This document shows, piece after piece, positions 39,901 to 49,627 of a stretch of DNA of 64,000 bases. The translations under genes and the position numbers were made by a program. Under the pieces are notes generated by a model. It did not search any database and was not told where the DNA came from. It was given only the letters and a program-made list of their open reading frames with translations. Location: the IMG/VR virus record IMGVR_UViG_3300027708_003081. One strand, written 5' to 3'. Each line of letters starts with the position of its first letter. Position 1 is the stretch's first letter. This DNA comes from a virus. Taxonomy: Duplodnaviria > Heunggongvirae > Uroviricota > Caudoviricetes.

Positions 39901-42900
39901 ATGTTGATTTACCTGTCGGAGTTTCTCCAACATTAGTGGGGGCATATAATTCATTATTTCTTCAACTTGATTGTAATGACTGTGATGCAATATACCCTTG
40001 TCCAACACAAACACCTACCAATACTTCAACTCCAACACAAACACCTACCAATACTTCAACTCCAACACAAACACCTACCAATACTTCAACACAAACTAAA
40101 ACACAAACACAAACACCTACCAATACTTCAACACAAACTCAAACTCCTACTAATACCTCAACACCTACAAATACTGTAACCAAAACGCAAACTCAAACAT
40201 CAACTCAAACTCCAACAGTAACAAAAACAAACACAAGAACTCCTGTACCTACTAAAACATCAACTCCAACACCAACTAAAACTCCAACCCAAACTAAAAC
40301 TCCAACAAATACTTCTACTAATACACAAACTCCAACAAATAGTTCAACTCCAACAACAACACCAACACCAACATTATGTTGGAATTGTGACCAACAATAT
40401 ACTTGGAGTTATAGCGGAGAGTGCTACACGACAATTACTGGTAATACAACACCAGGATTTTTAAGTTATACATATCAAGGGTTTAGTCAATATGGGGCAA
40501 CAACAGGAGGTACTGTATTTTATGATAGTGGTTATTCTATAGGCGGTACAGGAACAATAGTTGGAACAAATAATCTATATCCGTATTGGTCAGGATTGGC
40601 AACAAGTTCAAGCGGACCTTGCAACGATAGTAATATTTTTGTACCTGGTGTTCCTGCAAATACGTGGGTAGGTAGTAGAGTGTGCATTCAAGGAAATTCT
40701 GGATTACCATACTATGTTGGTATTGGTCTTGGAGGTGCAAGAGAAATAAAAATAATAATAAATAATGTTGTTGTTTTAGATACAACTCAAGCACCACTCA
40801 CACACCCTGTAAATAAATGGTATGTATATCCTATAACTCTTCAAACGGGAAGTAACATTATTGAAATTTTAGGTATTAATACTGTGCCAGGATTTTTTGG
40901 TTTTGGTCTTCAAATTTATCAAAATACATTACAAGAATTAACGGGTACAAATCCTCCAAATGTTGTATTTAATTTTTATGATTATCACGTAAATAATACT
41001 TGGCTTAAAGCAGATTTAGTTAGAACTTTAAATGGAGCAATTATAAGTGATGGACCAACTTGTGGGTATGGATACAATTATTCAATATGTAATCACCAGT
41101 GTGAACAAATAATTTACTGTCCAGGACACACACCACTACCAACTCAAACACCAACAACTACACCAACTCAAACACCAACAACTACACCAACTCAAACTCA
41201 AACTCCAACACCAACAAATCTTATAAATACTGCTTATACTTTTCAAAAGTGTTGTGATGGAAGCTTTTTCACTTTACAAGGTATGCCTTTTATTATGATA
41301 AATCCTGTGACTTATTATGTTGTAGGATTGAATAATGACGGTAGTTTAGGGTTTGAAGGTTGTGCTCAAGTCGTTTTTGGACAATCAAATATAGTATATA
41401 ATTTTAGTTCAATTACTCAGACTGGTTTTGATTGTATAAGTTGTCAGAATGACCATCCTTGTCCAACTTTAACACCAACAGCCACTCCATCACAAACATC
41501 AACTCAAACTCCAACACCAAGTGTCACATCAACTAATACACCAACAAATACAACTACACCAACAAATACAACTACGCCAACAAATACTCAAACAAATACA
41601 AATACACCATCACAAACTCCGACTAATCCAATTATAGTTAATGAATGTAGTACATTACTATTGTCCCTTAATGGTACAGGAAATAATTCACTTTACAAAT
41701 ATGATGTGAATAATCTTTCAGTTTTAGTTTACTTAACTGATTTCCCACCAGATGAGGTTTCACAAGTTTTGGCTTCAACAAATGACAGATTATTGATTGC
41801 GAATTATTATCCCGCAGGAAATTTAACTCATTTTTATGAATATATAATAACTTTACCTCAATTTTCAATTAATTTTAACAGAGTAGTTGATGTTGATTTA
41901 AGTAATATGTCTAAAGGACTTTTTGCAATAACTAATGATATATTAGTAACAGTTTGGGAACCGCCAGCATACCCGGCTCAAAGAATCCAAATATATCGCT
42001 TTTTAACTAACAATCCTAGATGGAGAATTATTGGACCTTTAGGTACAAACAGAAAAGTTACTGGTGATATGATTGTAACAAATGGGGGACAAGAAATAAT
42101 TTTAAATAAAGATATAAATACTAATTTATATTATTTAAGCGTTTATGTTTATAATTCAAATATATTCCAATTTGAAGTAGAATTACCACAACAAGGAGAA
42201 ACAATATTCCAACAAAATGGAAGATTTTATATAATTTTCACAGGGGGAGATGTTTATAGTATAAACACAACATATCCTTATACTTTAGAATTAAGTGGTA
42301 ACTGTGAAAATAGTTCAATAATAGACGGTACACAAAGATATGGATGTTATACAGTTAATTTTACTCCACCACCTGTTGTTAGATATTTTAGTGGATGTTG
42401 TTACCCTTATGATACATTCTCGATAAACTCAATACCTGTTGAATCAGCACCAAACGTAGGAGAAATATACTATTTCCAAATTAATAATGGTTTCACAGGA
42501 TGTGCGACTTGTATTAATGAAGTATCAGTTCCAATCAGTTATAATTATTTTGGATTGAGTTCCAGTGGTCCATTCGCCAATTGTAATGAATGTTTAAACT
42601 TACAAGGAGCTTGTCCTACACACACACCAACAACAACTCCAACACAAACAACAACTCCAACTAATACATCAACCCAAACTCAAACACCGACAAATACAAG
42701 AACTCCAGTACCTACAAAAACATCAACACCAACACAGACACCTACAAACACATCTACACCTACAAATACGAATACTCCTACAAATACAACAACACCAACT
42801 AATACAGCAACTAATACACCCACAAATACCAATACACCTACAGTTACACAAACACGACAACTTTCAGCTTACTTCTCAGGATGTTGTAACGGATTTACAT

Positions 42901-43904
42901 TTGTTTTAAATAATATACCTGAGAACGACTATCCAATTTTAGGAAATATATATTATGTTGCGACATTAAGTTATAGTGGATGTGCAACTTGCGTAATTAA
43001 TCCTGGTGGTGTAGTAACATCTTACGATTATCAACAAACACTAATTGAATTTTACACTTGCTCAAGTTGTTTGACAGTAAAACCTTATGAAAATTGTCCA
43101 TCATTTACACCAACACCAACACCCACAAATACACCCACAAATACCAATACACCTACAGTAACAGTTACACCTTCACAAACTATTCCTTGTTTAACTGATA
43201 TTATAGTGGAGGCATTTTATATTGCTAACGCTACGGACCTTTTTATATTACCTAATGGATATGTACATCCTTGTACTAATACTATAGGTGTTCACGGTTG
43301 TAACTTGGCACTCCAATCAGTTTACGCGAACGGTGTATTTTTAGGACATATTAGAATAAATAATTCCAACGGCGCTTTATCAGGGACGCAGACATCGAAC
43401 GGGACTTATATTTGTGGTGACTATCATAACACATTACCTTGGGGTGGAAATTCAGCTTCAAGATATGAAAGAATTGTCATACCAAGTGCTCAAGTTAATA
43501 TGTTAGCAAGTATGAACGCGAATAGAACAATTGATTTTTCTTACATATTTACTATGAGCGAATATTCTGCGTGTTGTGGAACTCTTTGTTTACCTCATAG
43601 AGACCAAACTTGGTATAGAATTTCTTTAAATTCTGGTAGAGTTTTATTTAATGCGTGTCCTGCTTTGGGTCTAACCCAAACACTTGTTTATACAGTACAA
43701 GTTGGAAATGTGGAATGTGTGCCAGTATCGTCAACACCAACACCAACACCAACCGCAACAGTTGGATATATACCACCACCAACACCATCGACAACACAAA
43801 CACCAACACATACTCCAACACATACATCAACGCCTACTCAAACAGAAAGTCAAGGTATTGTACACGGAAGAACATTATTTATGAAAATGAGAAAAGGAAT
43901 TTAA
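36984..43904 (+). CDS. Giant 2306-aa Thr/Pro-repeat protein with multiple Cys-rich modules
   Basis: MDCKKYV N-terminal domain; SCC/GCC modules; TP repeats; a possible beta-propeller-like segment near 41640-42330. Confidence 0.85.
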   Translation: MDCKKYVVTNTSQEIVTINYRRCDDLMWVYQETVNPGQTQNVFFIEGTFSTPRPDYLSITNEGNFPPKSDIILIQFSSAYFQGSIGATYLIDAGVILDFDLTVTFVDIIDTTNGPVYIKATGTILKGTSSVYVQTTVEGDYNTLTGKNSIQIAEVSGDIPASLTIAQSPLAPTPEVYTFYKVTSCCDGSTAYVNLPDTTPVGGFTPLVLGGTLITCYKIESVISGYPPPGSTIVLWLARVPEATCQDCIQRNFTPCPGRNVMFEVISCCDGRSEFVILPDIIDRTRTYICTTITNPRAGCYYIRDLNDTMPATLTWNSQSYDNCDDCTSYLPCDGTSPNCGLAAIKFGYGCSGRTDTVKYFDCCGNFVIDTNCNDFPYKYVCIDYILTRAYSFSGLIFNSINCPNPPVCPPQPQFGCYSGYTINPGQGYSYVSCCADLTVDPPQITSGNAPTDQPLLVYVLAEYPYTNISLNGPVSSIPDVCPSATPTSTPTKTPTPTNTKTPTNTATKTLTPTKTPTNTKTPTNTKTPTPTPTATLGCEVVTVHSECGNVIATPNIIINGKQSFTFNLSNFYDCIIYWDNITNRWIVRNSTLGLDGSYLPLNTTLPIGNLSQWINISGPVECITDDTSFYTELTSNGPCPETPTPTPTKTPTKTPTQTPTRTQTATQTPSPTSPEVICFTYNLPDGIHTQTVPSAGYFNGLPYYQIVTPGFQNIFVYSETPIGIQWTVTYGTIGAVPEGYLPWNSSSSTFYPLSTNGWVNTLNDIQIISSVLGICPTSTPTSTPTSTPTKTSTPTPTKTSTPPNTPSKTPTGTPASTQTPTPTKTQTQTPTKTSTPTNTTTKTQTPTNTTTKTSTQTPTKTSTPTKTSTQTPTNTPTQTKTSTQTPTKTSTPTKTSTPTKTPTNTPTKTSTPTNTPTQTPTHTFYPPEIRYFSGCCYPNNIIQVHSIPFIELPTLNEVYYVDSTAFVGCATNVDLPVGVSPTLVGAYNSLFLQLDCNDCDAIYPCPTQTPTNTSTPTQTPTNTSTPTQTPTNTSTQTKTQTQTPTNTSTQTQTPTNTSTPTNTVTKTQTQTSTQTPTVTKTNTRTPVPTKTSTPTPTKTPTQTKTPTNTSTNTQTPTNSSTPTTTPTPTLCWNCDQQYTWSYSGECYTTITGNTTPGFLSYTYQGFSQYGATTGGTVFYDSGYSIGGTGTIVGTNNLYPYWSGLATSSSGPCNDSNIFVPGVPANTWVGSRVCIQGNSGLPYYVGIGLGGAREIKIIINNVVVLDTTQAPLTHPVNKWYVYPITLQTGSNIIEILGINTVPGFFGFGLQIYQNTLQELTGTNPPNVVFNFYDYHVNNTWLKADLVRTLNGAIISDGPTCGYGYNYSICNHQCEQIIYCPGHTPLPTQTPTTTPTQTPTTTPTQTQTPTPTNLINTAYTFQKCCDGSFFTLQGMPFIMINPVTYYVVGLNNDGSLGFEGCAQVVFGQSNIVYNFSSITQTGFDCISCQNDHPCPTLTPTATPSQTSTQTPTPSVTSTNTPTNTTTPTNTTTPTNTQTNTNTPSQTPTNPIIVNECSTLLLSLNGTGNNSLYKYDVNNLSVLVYLTDFPPDEVSQVLASTNDRLLIANYYPAGNLTHFYEYIITLPQFSINFNRVVDVDLSNMSKGLFAITNDILVTVWEPPAYPAQRIQIYRFLTNNPRWRIIGPLGTNRKVTGDMIVTNGGQEIILNKDINTNLYYLSVYVYNSNIFQFEVELPQQGETIFQQNGRFYIIFTGGDVYSINTTYPYTLELSGNCENSSIIDGTQRYGCYTVNFTPPPVVRYFSGCCYPYDTFSINSIPVESAPNVGEIYYFQINNGFTGCATCINEVSVPISYNYFGLSSSGPFANCNECLNLQGACPTHTPTTTPTQTTTPTNTSTQTQTPTNTRTPVPTKTSTPTQTPTNTSTPTNTNTPTNTTTPTNTATNTPTNTNTPTVTQTRQLSAYFSGCCNGFTFVLNNIPENDYPILGNIYYVATLSYSGCATCVINPGGVVTSYDYQQTLIEFYTCSSCLTVKPYENCPSFTPTPTPTNTPTNTNTPTVTVTPSQTIPCLTDIIVEAFYIANATDLFILPNGYVHPCTNTIGVHGCNLALQSVYANGVFLGHIRINNSNGALSGTQTSNGTYICGDYHNTLPWGGNSASRYERIVIPSAQVNMLASMNANRTIDFSYIFTMSEYSACCGTLCLPHRDQTWYRISLNSGRVLFNACPALGLTQTLVYTVQVGNVECVPVSSTPTPTPTATVGYIPPPTPSTTQTPTHTPTHTSTPTQTESQGIVHGRTLFMKMRKGI

Positions 43905-43948
43905 AAAAAAATGTTAATATAAAATTAATTCAAAAAAAAATAAAAAAA

Positions 43949-45922
43949 ATGTCAATAGAAAATATTAAATCTCATCTTTTAGAGTTATTCCAAAATACAC
44001 CAGATAATGTTGGTGTAATGTATGGTAAAAAAAGTAAAAATGGGAATTTTACGGGTGAAAACTGCGTAGTGTTCACAGTTGTAAAAAAACTACCTATAGA
44101 ACAATTATTAGAAAATGAAATTTTACCAACATACGTTGAGTTTGATGGTGTAAGATATGAAACTGACGTTTTAGAAGTTGGTGAACACTATCTTTTTGAC
44201 TGTCAAGATTTAATGAATTTAGGTTGTTACAGTTGGAATGGTAATATAATGCCGACCACTGTACCACCTTGGTGTTGCCAAGTACCTGGTGTTCCGGCAA
44301 ACAGAAACATCATAAGACCTTTACAACAAGGTATTAGTGTTACAAGCATAAATACGTCAACTCCAACTGTTGGAGTAGGAACTTTGGGGTTTTTTGCGGT
44401 AGACAAACTTACCAAATGTTTGGTAGGAGTTTCAAATAATCACGTTTTAATTGATAATGCTTATTATACAACTCAAAGAAGAGATATTACAATTATAGAA
44501 AATGAATATTCTGACGATGTTATTCAAACGTTTGATTGGGATGCGATAAACTTTGGTTCCGCACCTCCAAAAATAGGAAGTGTGTTAAGATATGTGCCAA
44601 TAAAAAAACAAGGTATAAATTATGTTGATGGTGCATTAACAACAATTTTTTCTGGTTCTGTTGCAACAGGTTTGAATAACACAACACCAAAATCTTGGTT
44701 TTTCTATGGTTTATCAGGATTGACTAACCAAGTTTTAGAAGCACCGATGGAATGGGCTACGACACAAGAAATAGACAATTTAATGGTTAATCCCCCGTCC
44801 CAAGTTTGGAGTGTTGGTAGAACGACAGGTGTTAAACAAGGCCCCTGTGGATTACAAATATTAGGGGTTGGCGATAGCAGTTACGTGAGAGGTTATCCGG
44901 ATGCGGGTCAAACACAAATAATTGCCTATGCGGATTTAATACGTTTTTCAAGATTGAATAATGAAACTTGTACATTCCCAATTGGGCCTGGAGATTCGGG
45001 TTCCGCACTTATTGCGGTAATTGGAGGTAAACCCAAAATAATCGGATTATGTTTTGCTGGTAGTATATATAATGGGCTTGCATGCAGAATAGATAGAGTT
45101 GCGGAAGAATTAGATATTGAAAGATGGGACGGAGTCAATCAAAACTTTTTTGACCCAAATCAGCAGGATATTTTTACAGTTATAGGACCCTCGCAAGATA
45201 AAACTTTAGTTTGTTCAGGTCAAACATATTGGCAGGTAGGTAATACTGATTTGGATTTACCTTGTAATGAACAAGGTTTATTTTTTCAAATTGATACAAT
45301 GTCCGCATTTACTTTTAACTTAAGAGTTGGTAGTATGACTTCAATTTTTGATATGACAATATATTGGGGTGACGGAACATCAACAACATATGTAGGTGCT
45401 CCAGGGTATAACGTGTCTCAATTAGTATCCACATTGGGTATTTATTCAATACAAGTTGTATTTAGTAATTACAGAGTGGTAACGTCTTTAAATGCTGGAT
45501 TTGTATCAGGAGTAGCTCCAACAACATATCGATTCCCAATAATAAATGTTTATAATCTCAACTTATTAACAAATCTCGTAACACTATCAATAAGTTTTTG
45601 TAAACTTTCTTCACCGGAAACTTTAATTCCTCAGATATCCTCAACCGTTACACAAATTTTATTATATAACAATAGTTTTACTAGTTTTACAAGTACTCAA
45701 TTTTTACCTGTAGGTCTCACATATCTTAATTTACAAAACAATCCGCTTACACAAACAGGAGTAAATAATACTTTGATTTATTTAGATAACATACCATTTA
45801 ACGCTTTACCACCAAAAACAATAAATTTGACGAGTTCAATACCAACTGCAATACCATCTGGTTCAGGATTAGCAGCAAAAACTAATTTGAGTTTTGAATC
45901 TTGGATTGTATTTACTCTTTAA
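43949..45922 (+). CDS. Trypsin-like (Nal1-type) serine protease fused to PKD and LRR domains
   Basis: Catalytic triad motifs VSNNHVL, YVDGAL and GPGDSGSAL; start refined to MSIENIK; the longer 43655 start overlaps the upstream gene. Confidence 0.8.
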   Translation: MSIENIKSHLLELFQNTPDNVGVMYGKKSKNGNFTGENCVVFTVVKKLPIEQLLENEILPTYVEFDGVRYETDVLEVGEHYLFDCQDLMNLGCYSWNGNIMPTTVPPWCCQVPGVPANRNIIRPLQQGISVTSINTSTPTVGVGTLGFFAVDKLTKCLVGVSNNHVLIDNAYYTTQRRDITIIENEYSDDVIQTFDWDAINFGSAPPKIGSVLRYVPIKKQGINYVDGALTTIFSGSVATGLNNTTPKSWFFYGLSGLTNQVLEAPMEWATTQEIDNLMVNPPSQVWSVGRTTGVKQGPCGLQILGVGDSSYVRGYPDAGQTQIIAYADLIRFSRLNNETCTFPIGPGDSGSALIAVIGGKPKIIGLCFAGSIYNGLACRIDRVAEELDIERWDGVNQNFFDPNQQDIFTVIGPSQDKTLVCSGQTYWQVGNTDLDLPCNEQGLFFQIDTMSAFTFNLRVGSMTSIFDMTIYWGDGTSTTYVGAPGYNVSQLVSTLGIYSIQVVFSNYRVVTSLNAGFVSGVAPTTYRFPIINVYNLNLLTNLVTLSISFCKLSSPETLIPQISSTVTQILLYNNSFTSFTSTQFLPVGLTYLNLQNNPLTQTGVNNTLIYLDNIPFNALPPKTINLTSSIPTAIPSGSGLAAKTNLSFESWIVFTL

Positions 45923-46006
45923 CATATGAACCATAAAAACGAAAGACATTATATAAAGATTATTGGTTTGTTAATTCAGATTAAAGTATTTATATAAAAG
46001 TTAAAG

Positions 46007-48199
46007 ATGGATTGTAAAAAATATGTAATAAAAAACACAGGAAACAAAATTACCACGTTTAATTATAGAAGATGTGACGATGGAATGTGGGAATATCAAG
46101 AAACTTTAAATCCTGGTGAAACCAAGAATGTTTTTTTTATTGATGGAACATTTTCAACTGCATTTAATGACGTAATATCAATATCAAACGAAGGCAAATT
46201 TCCACCTAATTCAGATGTTATTTCAGTCGCATTTGGTTCTCAATATGAATCAGGTTCAATTTATGCAACTTACGTTGTTAAAACATCACAACCTGTTGCC
46301 GATGATACTTTAGTAACATTTACAGATACTTTATATGTTAAGACAGGTACACCAATAATTAATAATGTTTCATTATTAATTTATAAAGGTTTATCAAGTA
46401 ATTCAACAAGGGTTTTTGTTCCTGATGCGGATTATAATAATTTAACAGGAACAAATTTAATATCTAATCAGGTTTATTCTTCAAGTACTCCAACAAATAA
46501 TGTGTTCTCAACTTCTCAAACTGCGGTTGCGGTGACAAGTGCAGTGTATGAGGTTTCTAGATGTTGCAGTTTGGGTATAACAGGACAAATTAAATTACCT
46601 ACAACAGTAATCGTTGGACAGGCAGTACTTGCAACTGACGGGTTTGTTTATCAAATAAATGCTGTTTCAACGTCAACACAACCAAATCTTGTTTGGTCGG
46701 GACAAGTACCATTCCCAAGTTGTTCTTCAAGTTATGCAACATATCCTTGTGTTGGAGGTACTGTAAGTTATTATTTTAATGATTGTTGTGATAAATCAAA
46801 AAGTTATTTAGTGACAGGAATGCCTGATAGATTCCCAACGGGAGATATTGCTTATCAAATAACAACATTACAAGGTATAACATTTTGTGGTAGGAATTTT
46901 GGAACTATACCAATTGCAGGTGCTGTAACGGTAACATATTATTCTCATATTGCACCACCAACAGGAGTCATTAATTGTGAATGGTGTATTCGCGATTGTT
47001 TTAGTCCTACACCAACACCAACAAATACAAAAACACCAACACCAACAAAAACTCAAACACCAACAAAAACTCAAACACCAACACCAACAAAAACACCAAC
47101 ACCAACACCAACAAAAACTCAAACACCAACAAAAACTCAAACACCAACACCAACACCAACAAAAACTCAAACTCCAACAAATACAAAAACACCTACACCA
47201 ACAAAAACTCAAACTCCAACAAATACAAAAACACCTACACAAACACCTACACAAACACCAACAAAAACTCAAACTCCAACAAATACAAAAACACCTACAC
47301 AAACACCTACACAAACACAAACACCTACAGTTACTCCAACATTGTGTTGTGATTGTTTAGGAGTTAAATTTATTGTTACTGCAACAACAGGAAATTTAAT
47401 CAATCTTAGTGTTGGTGGGTCTAGTAATTTTAATATGATAGTTAGTTGGGGTGACGGAAATACACAAACATATACTAATAATAGTACTTACTCTATATCA
47501 CATACTTATTCAACAAATGGAATTTACACAGTACAGATAGGTTTTAGTAATTGTAGTTTAATTACTAGTTTTACTTTAACTGGTAGACCTGATAATAAAA
47601 TTCCTTTTAATACTATAGAAGGTATAGAATCTTTAAGTAATCTGTATACCTTACTTATTCAACACACTAATTTAAATAATTTTAACCCACCATCCGCATT
47701 ATCAACAGTTTTACATTCATTAGATTTAAGTAAAAATTTATTAACAACATTTAATCCAACACAACCATTACCAAACAATCTTTATTTTTTAAGACTCAAT
47801 AATAATCAAATAACAATATTTGAGCCAACACTACAACTACCACAAGTTTTATTTCTTTTAGATTTAAGTTCAAACTTAATAACATCATTTAATCCTTCTC
47901 AACCATTGTTAGATAATTTAACTACCTTGAATTTAAGTAATAATTTATTAACCTCATTCAATCCAACACAACCATTACCAACAACATTAGACACCATTAA
48001 TTTATATTATAATAACTTAAACACTTCAAATGTTAATACGGCTTTATATAATTTAAGTAATATTACGTGGACATCTACTCCACCAAGTTTATTAGATATA
48101 AGACAAAATCCTGCTGCACCACCATCAGTTGGACCACCAAATGGAATTCAAGCTAAAACAAATTTACAAGCTGTAGGGTGGACAGTTACAACCGATTAA
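46007..48199 (+). CDS. Thr/Pro-repeat + PKD + LRR protein (730 aa)
   Basis: MDCKKYV N-terminus; TKTQTP repeats; SWGDG; LDLSxNxLTxFNP LRRs. Confidence 0.85.
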   Translation: MDCKKYVIKNTGNKITTFNYRRCDDGMWEYQETLNPGETKNVFFIDGTFSTAFNDVISISNEGKFPPNSDVISVAFGSQYESGSIYATYVVKTSQPVADDTLVTFTDTLYVKTGTPIINNVSLLIYKGLSSNSTRVFVPDADYNNLTGTNLISNQVYSSSTPTNNVFSTSQTAVAVTSAVYEVSRCCSLGITGQIKLPTTVIVGQAVLATDGFVYQINAVSTSTQPNLVWSGQVPFPSCSSSYATYPCVGGTVSYYFNDCCDKSKSYLVTGMPDRFPTGDIAYQITTLQGITFCGRNFGTIPIAGAVTVTYYSHIAPPTGVINCEWCIRDCFSPTPTPTNTKTPTPTKTQTPTKTQTPTPTKTPTPTPTKTQTPTKTQTPTPTPTKTQTPTNTKTPTPTKTQTPTNTKTPTQTPTQTPTKTQTPTNTKTPTQTPTQTQTPTVTPTLCCDCLGVKFIVTATTGNLINLSVGGSSNFNMIVSWGDGNTQTYTNNSTYSISHTYSTNGIYTVQIGFSNCSLITSFTLTGRPDNKIPFNTIEGIESLSNLYTLLIQHTNLNNFNPPSALSTVLHSLDLSKNLLTTFNPTQPLPNNLYFLRLNNNQITIFEPTLQLPQVLFLLDLSSNLITSFNPSQPLLDNLTTLNLSNNLLTSFNPTQPLPTTLDTINLYYNNLNTSNVNTALYNLSNITWTSTPPSLLDIRQNPAAPPSVGPPNGIQAKTNLQAVGWTVTTD

Positions 48200-48200
48200 T

Positions 48201-48503
48201 ATGAACCAGAAAGACGAAAGACATTATATAAAGATTATAGAAAACATCATAGGAACTTATGCCGATTCTTATAATGAATCGGATACTCAAATCAATATTC
48301 AAGATAAGGACGACAAAACTATCTTATGTTATGTTAAAGGTCAAAAGGAACTTTATATAGATACAAGTATCATTCAAACTTGTAAAGATGTCTTACCTTG
48401 GGAGGCGATGGAATATGTAAAACCCGCAGCAAAAAAATATTTTCATAATCAAATTGAAGGGGAAAATCAAATAAGAACGGTATCAGTTGCAAATATAGTT
48501 TAA
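48201..48503 (+). CDS. Hypothetical protein
   Basis: ORF track; its first ~38 nt are duplicated at 45926. Confidence 0.7.
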   Translation: MNQKDERHYIKIIENIIGTYADSYNESDTQINIQDKDDKTILCYVKGQKELYIDTSIIQTCKDVLPWEAMEYVKPAAKKYFHNQIEGENQIRTVSVANIV

Positions 48504-48869
48504 TTACCACTGCGGGTTAAAATCTTCCGCCTCAACATCGTCGCAGTAAAGATATATTTTTAATCCTGTAATTTCTTCTAATCTATAATCCATAGAGTCA
48601 AGTGTATCGGCGGGTTCAAATTCACGAGCAATTTTTTTACCATCAAGTATTACTTTAACATTAATTTTGTAGTAATCTGTAATTTCACTTTGCCAAACAT
48701 CCAAAACAATTATTTTTTTAATTGCATTAACTTCATCCCCACCAAGTGAGCTATGCATCCAAGGAGCCGGCTCATCAGTTTCTTCAAAATGCTTTTTCAT
48801 TTCTACCAAAATTTCATTTGATAGTTTTTGAACTAATCTCTTAAATCTATTTTTTTGTTCTTCATTCAT
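48504..48869 (-). CDS. Hypothetical protein
   Basis: ORF track; TATTTATA motif upstream (48894-48901, minus strand). Confidence 0.7.
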   Translation of the reverse strand: MNEEQKNRFKRLVQKLSNEILVEMKKHFEETDEPAPWMHSSLGGDEVNAIKKIIVLDVWQSEITDYYKINVKVILDGKKIAREFEPADTLDSMDYRLEEITGLKIYLYCDDVEAEDFNPQW

Positions 48870-48982
48870 AATTAAAATTTTATGCTCACTCTTTATAAAT
48901 ATAGTAAAAAAAACTATATATTATGTTTTATTTAGTTACAAAATTATTTCCCAAATTCAAAAAATAGTTGTATATTTGTCCT

Positions 48983-49549
48983 ATGAAAGTAGATAGACAA
49001 GATATAAAATGGTTTTTGGACAACATCACTCGTAAAGCCGAAAGGGACAAGGTGGAAGTTACCAATCAGTATTTGGCTGATGAACTCTCAAATTATATGG
49101 AGGTAAATCCAGGTTGTGTTAATATGGATGAGAGCAACCGCAAAGGTAGGTATTATTATTCTACCGTAGGGTATGGTGTGTTTAGTTTACTTGGAGAGAG
49201 ATACAGAATGGGTAGGGTTGAGATATTTGATAGACAGAACGATAGTGGTTATCAGGTAGATGAAGGTGTGTATTGTATGCCATTTGAAGCTGCAAACCAA
49301 TTTGAGCAGTTCATACAGAATATAGAAACTGACTTACCAATCAATATAGAGATGGGAACTATGGGACAATGTAGAGCTGCGGCTGCTGAAGAACTTGGAA
49401 TACCCGAAGATAAGTTAAATGATAATGAAACCCAAAAAGCGTATTATAAAAAGAAGAATGATGAATACGCTCAATCTCTTGGGTATAAGGATTTTGACGA
49501 CCAACTTGCTAATAGCAGTTTGGGTGATTTAAGAATAAAAAAAGATTAA
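48983..49549 (+). CDS. Hypothetical protein
   Basis: Start refined after the promoter TATATTTG (48971-48978). Confidence 0.75.
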   Translation: MKVDRQDIKWFLDNITRKAERDKVEVTNQYLADELSNYMEVNPGCVNMDESNRKGRYYYSTVGYGVFSLLGERYRMGRVEIFDRQNDSGYQVDEGVYCMPFEAANQFEQFIQNIETDLPINIEMGTMGQCRAAAAEELGIPEDKLNDNETQKAYYKKKNDEYAQSLGYKDFDDQLANSSLGDLRIKKD

Positions 49550-49627
49550 TATGTTAATAAATTTTTTGATTATTATGGGAGTTCTTGTTATATTTGCAAT
49601 TATTGATTTAATTAAATTTAAGAAAAA

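Noticed and set aside
43655-43948. Extended N-terminus or programmed frameshift joining the 36984 gene to the protease gene
   Set aside because: The overlap reads through TP-repeat DNA (NTNTNT shadow peptide). The upstream gene has a normal terminus, and an A-rich start context precedes the ATG at 43949.
23890-47340. TP/TQ tandem repeats as CRISPR arrays or non-coding satellites
   Set aside because: They are irregular in-frame codon repeats with synonymous variation and no constant repeat/unique spacer alternation.
23872-47360. Many His/Gln/Leu-rich and Cys/Trp/Leu-rich ORFs in alternative frames and on the antisense strand
   Set aside because: They are shadow frames of the Thr/Pro codon repeats (ACN CCN ACN CAA), which rarely generate stop codons.
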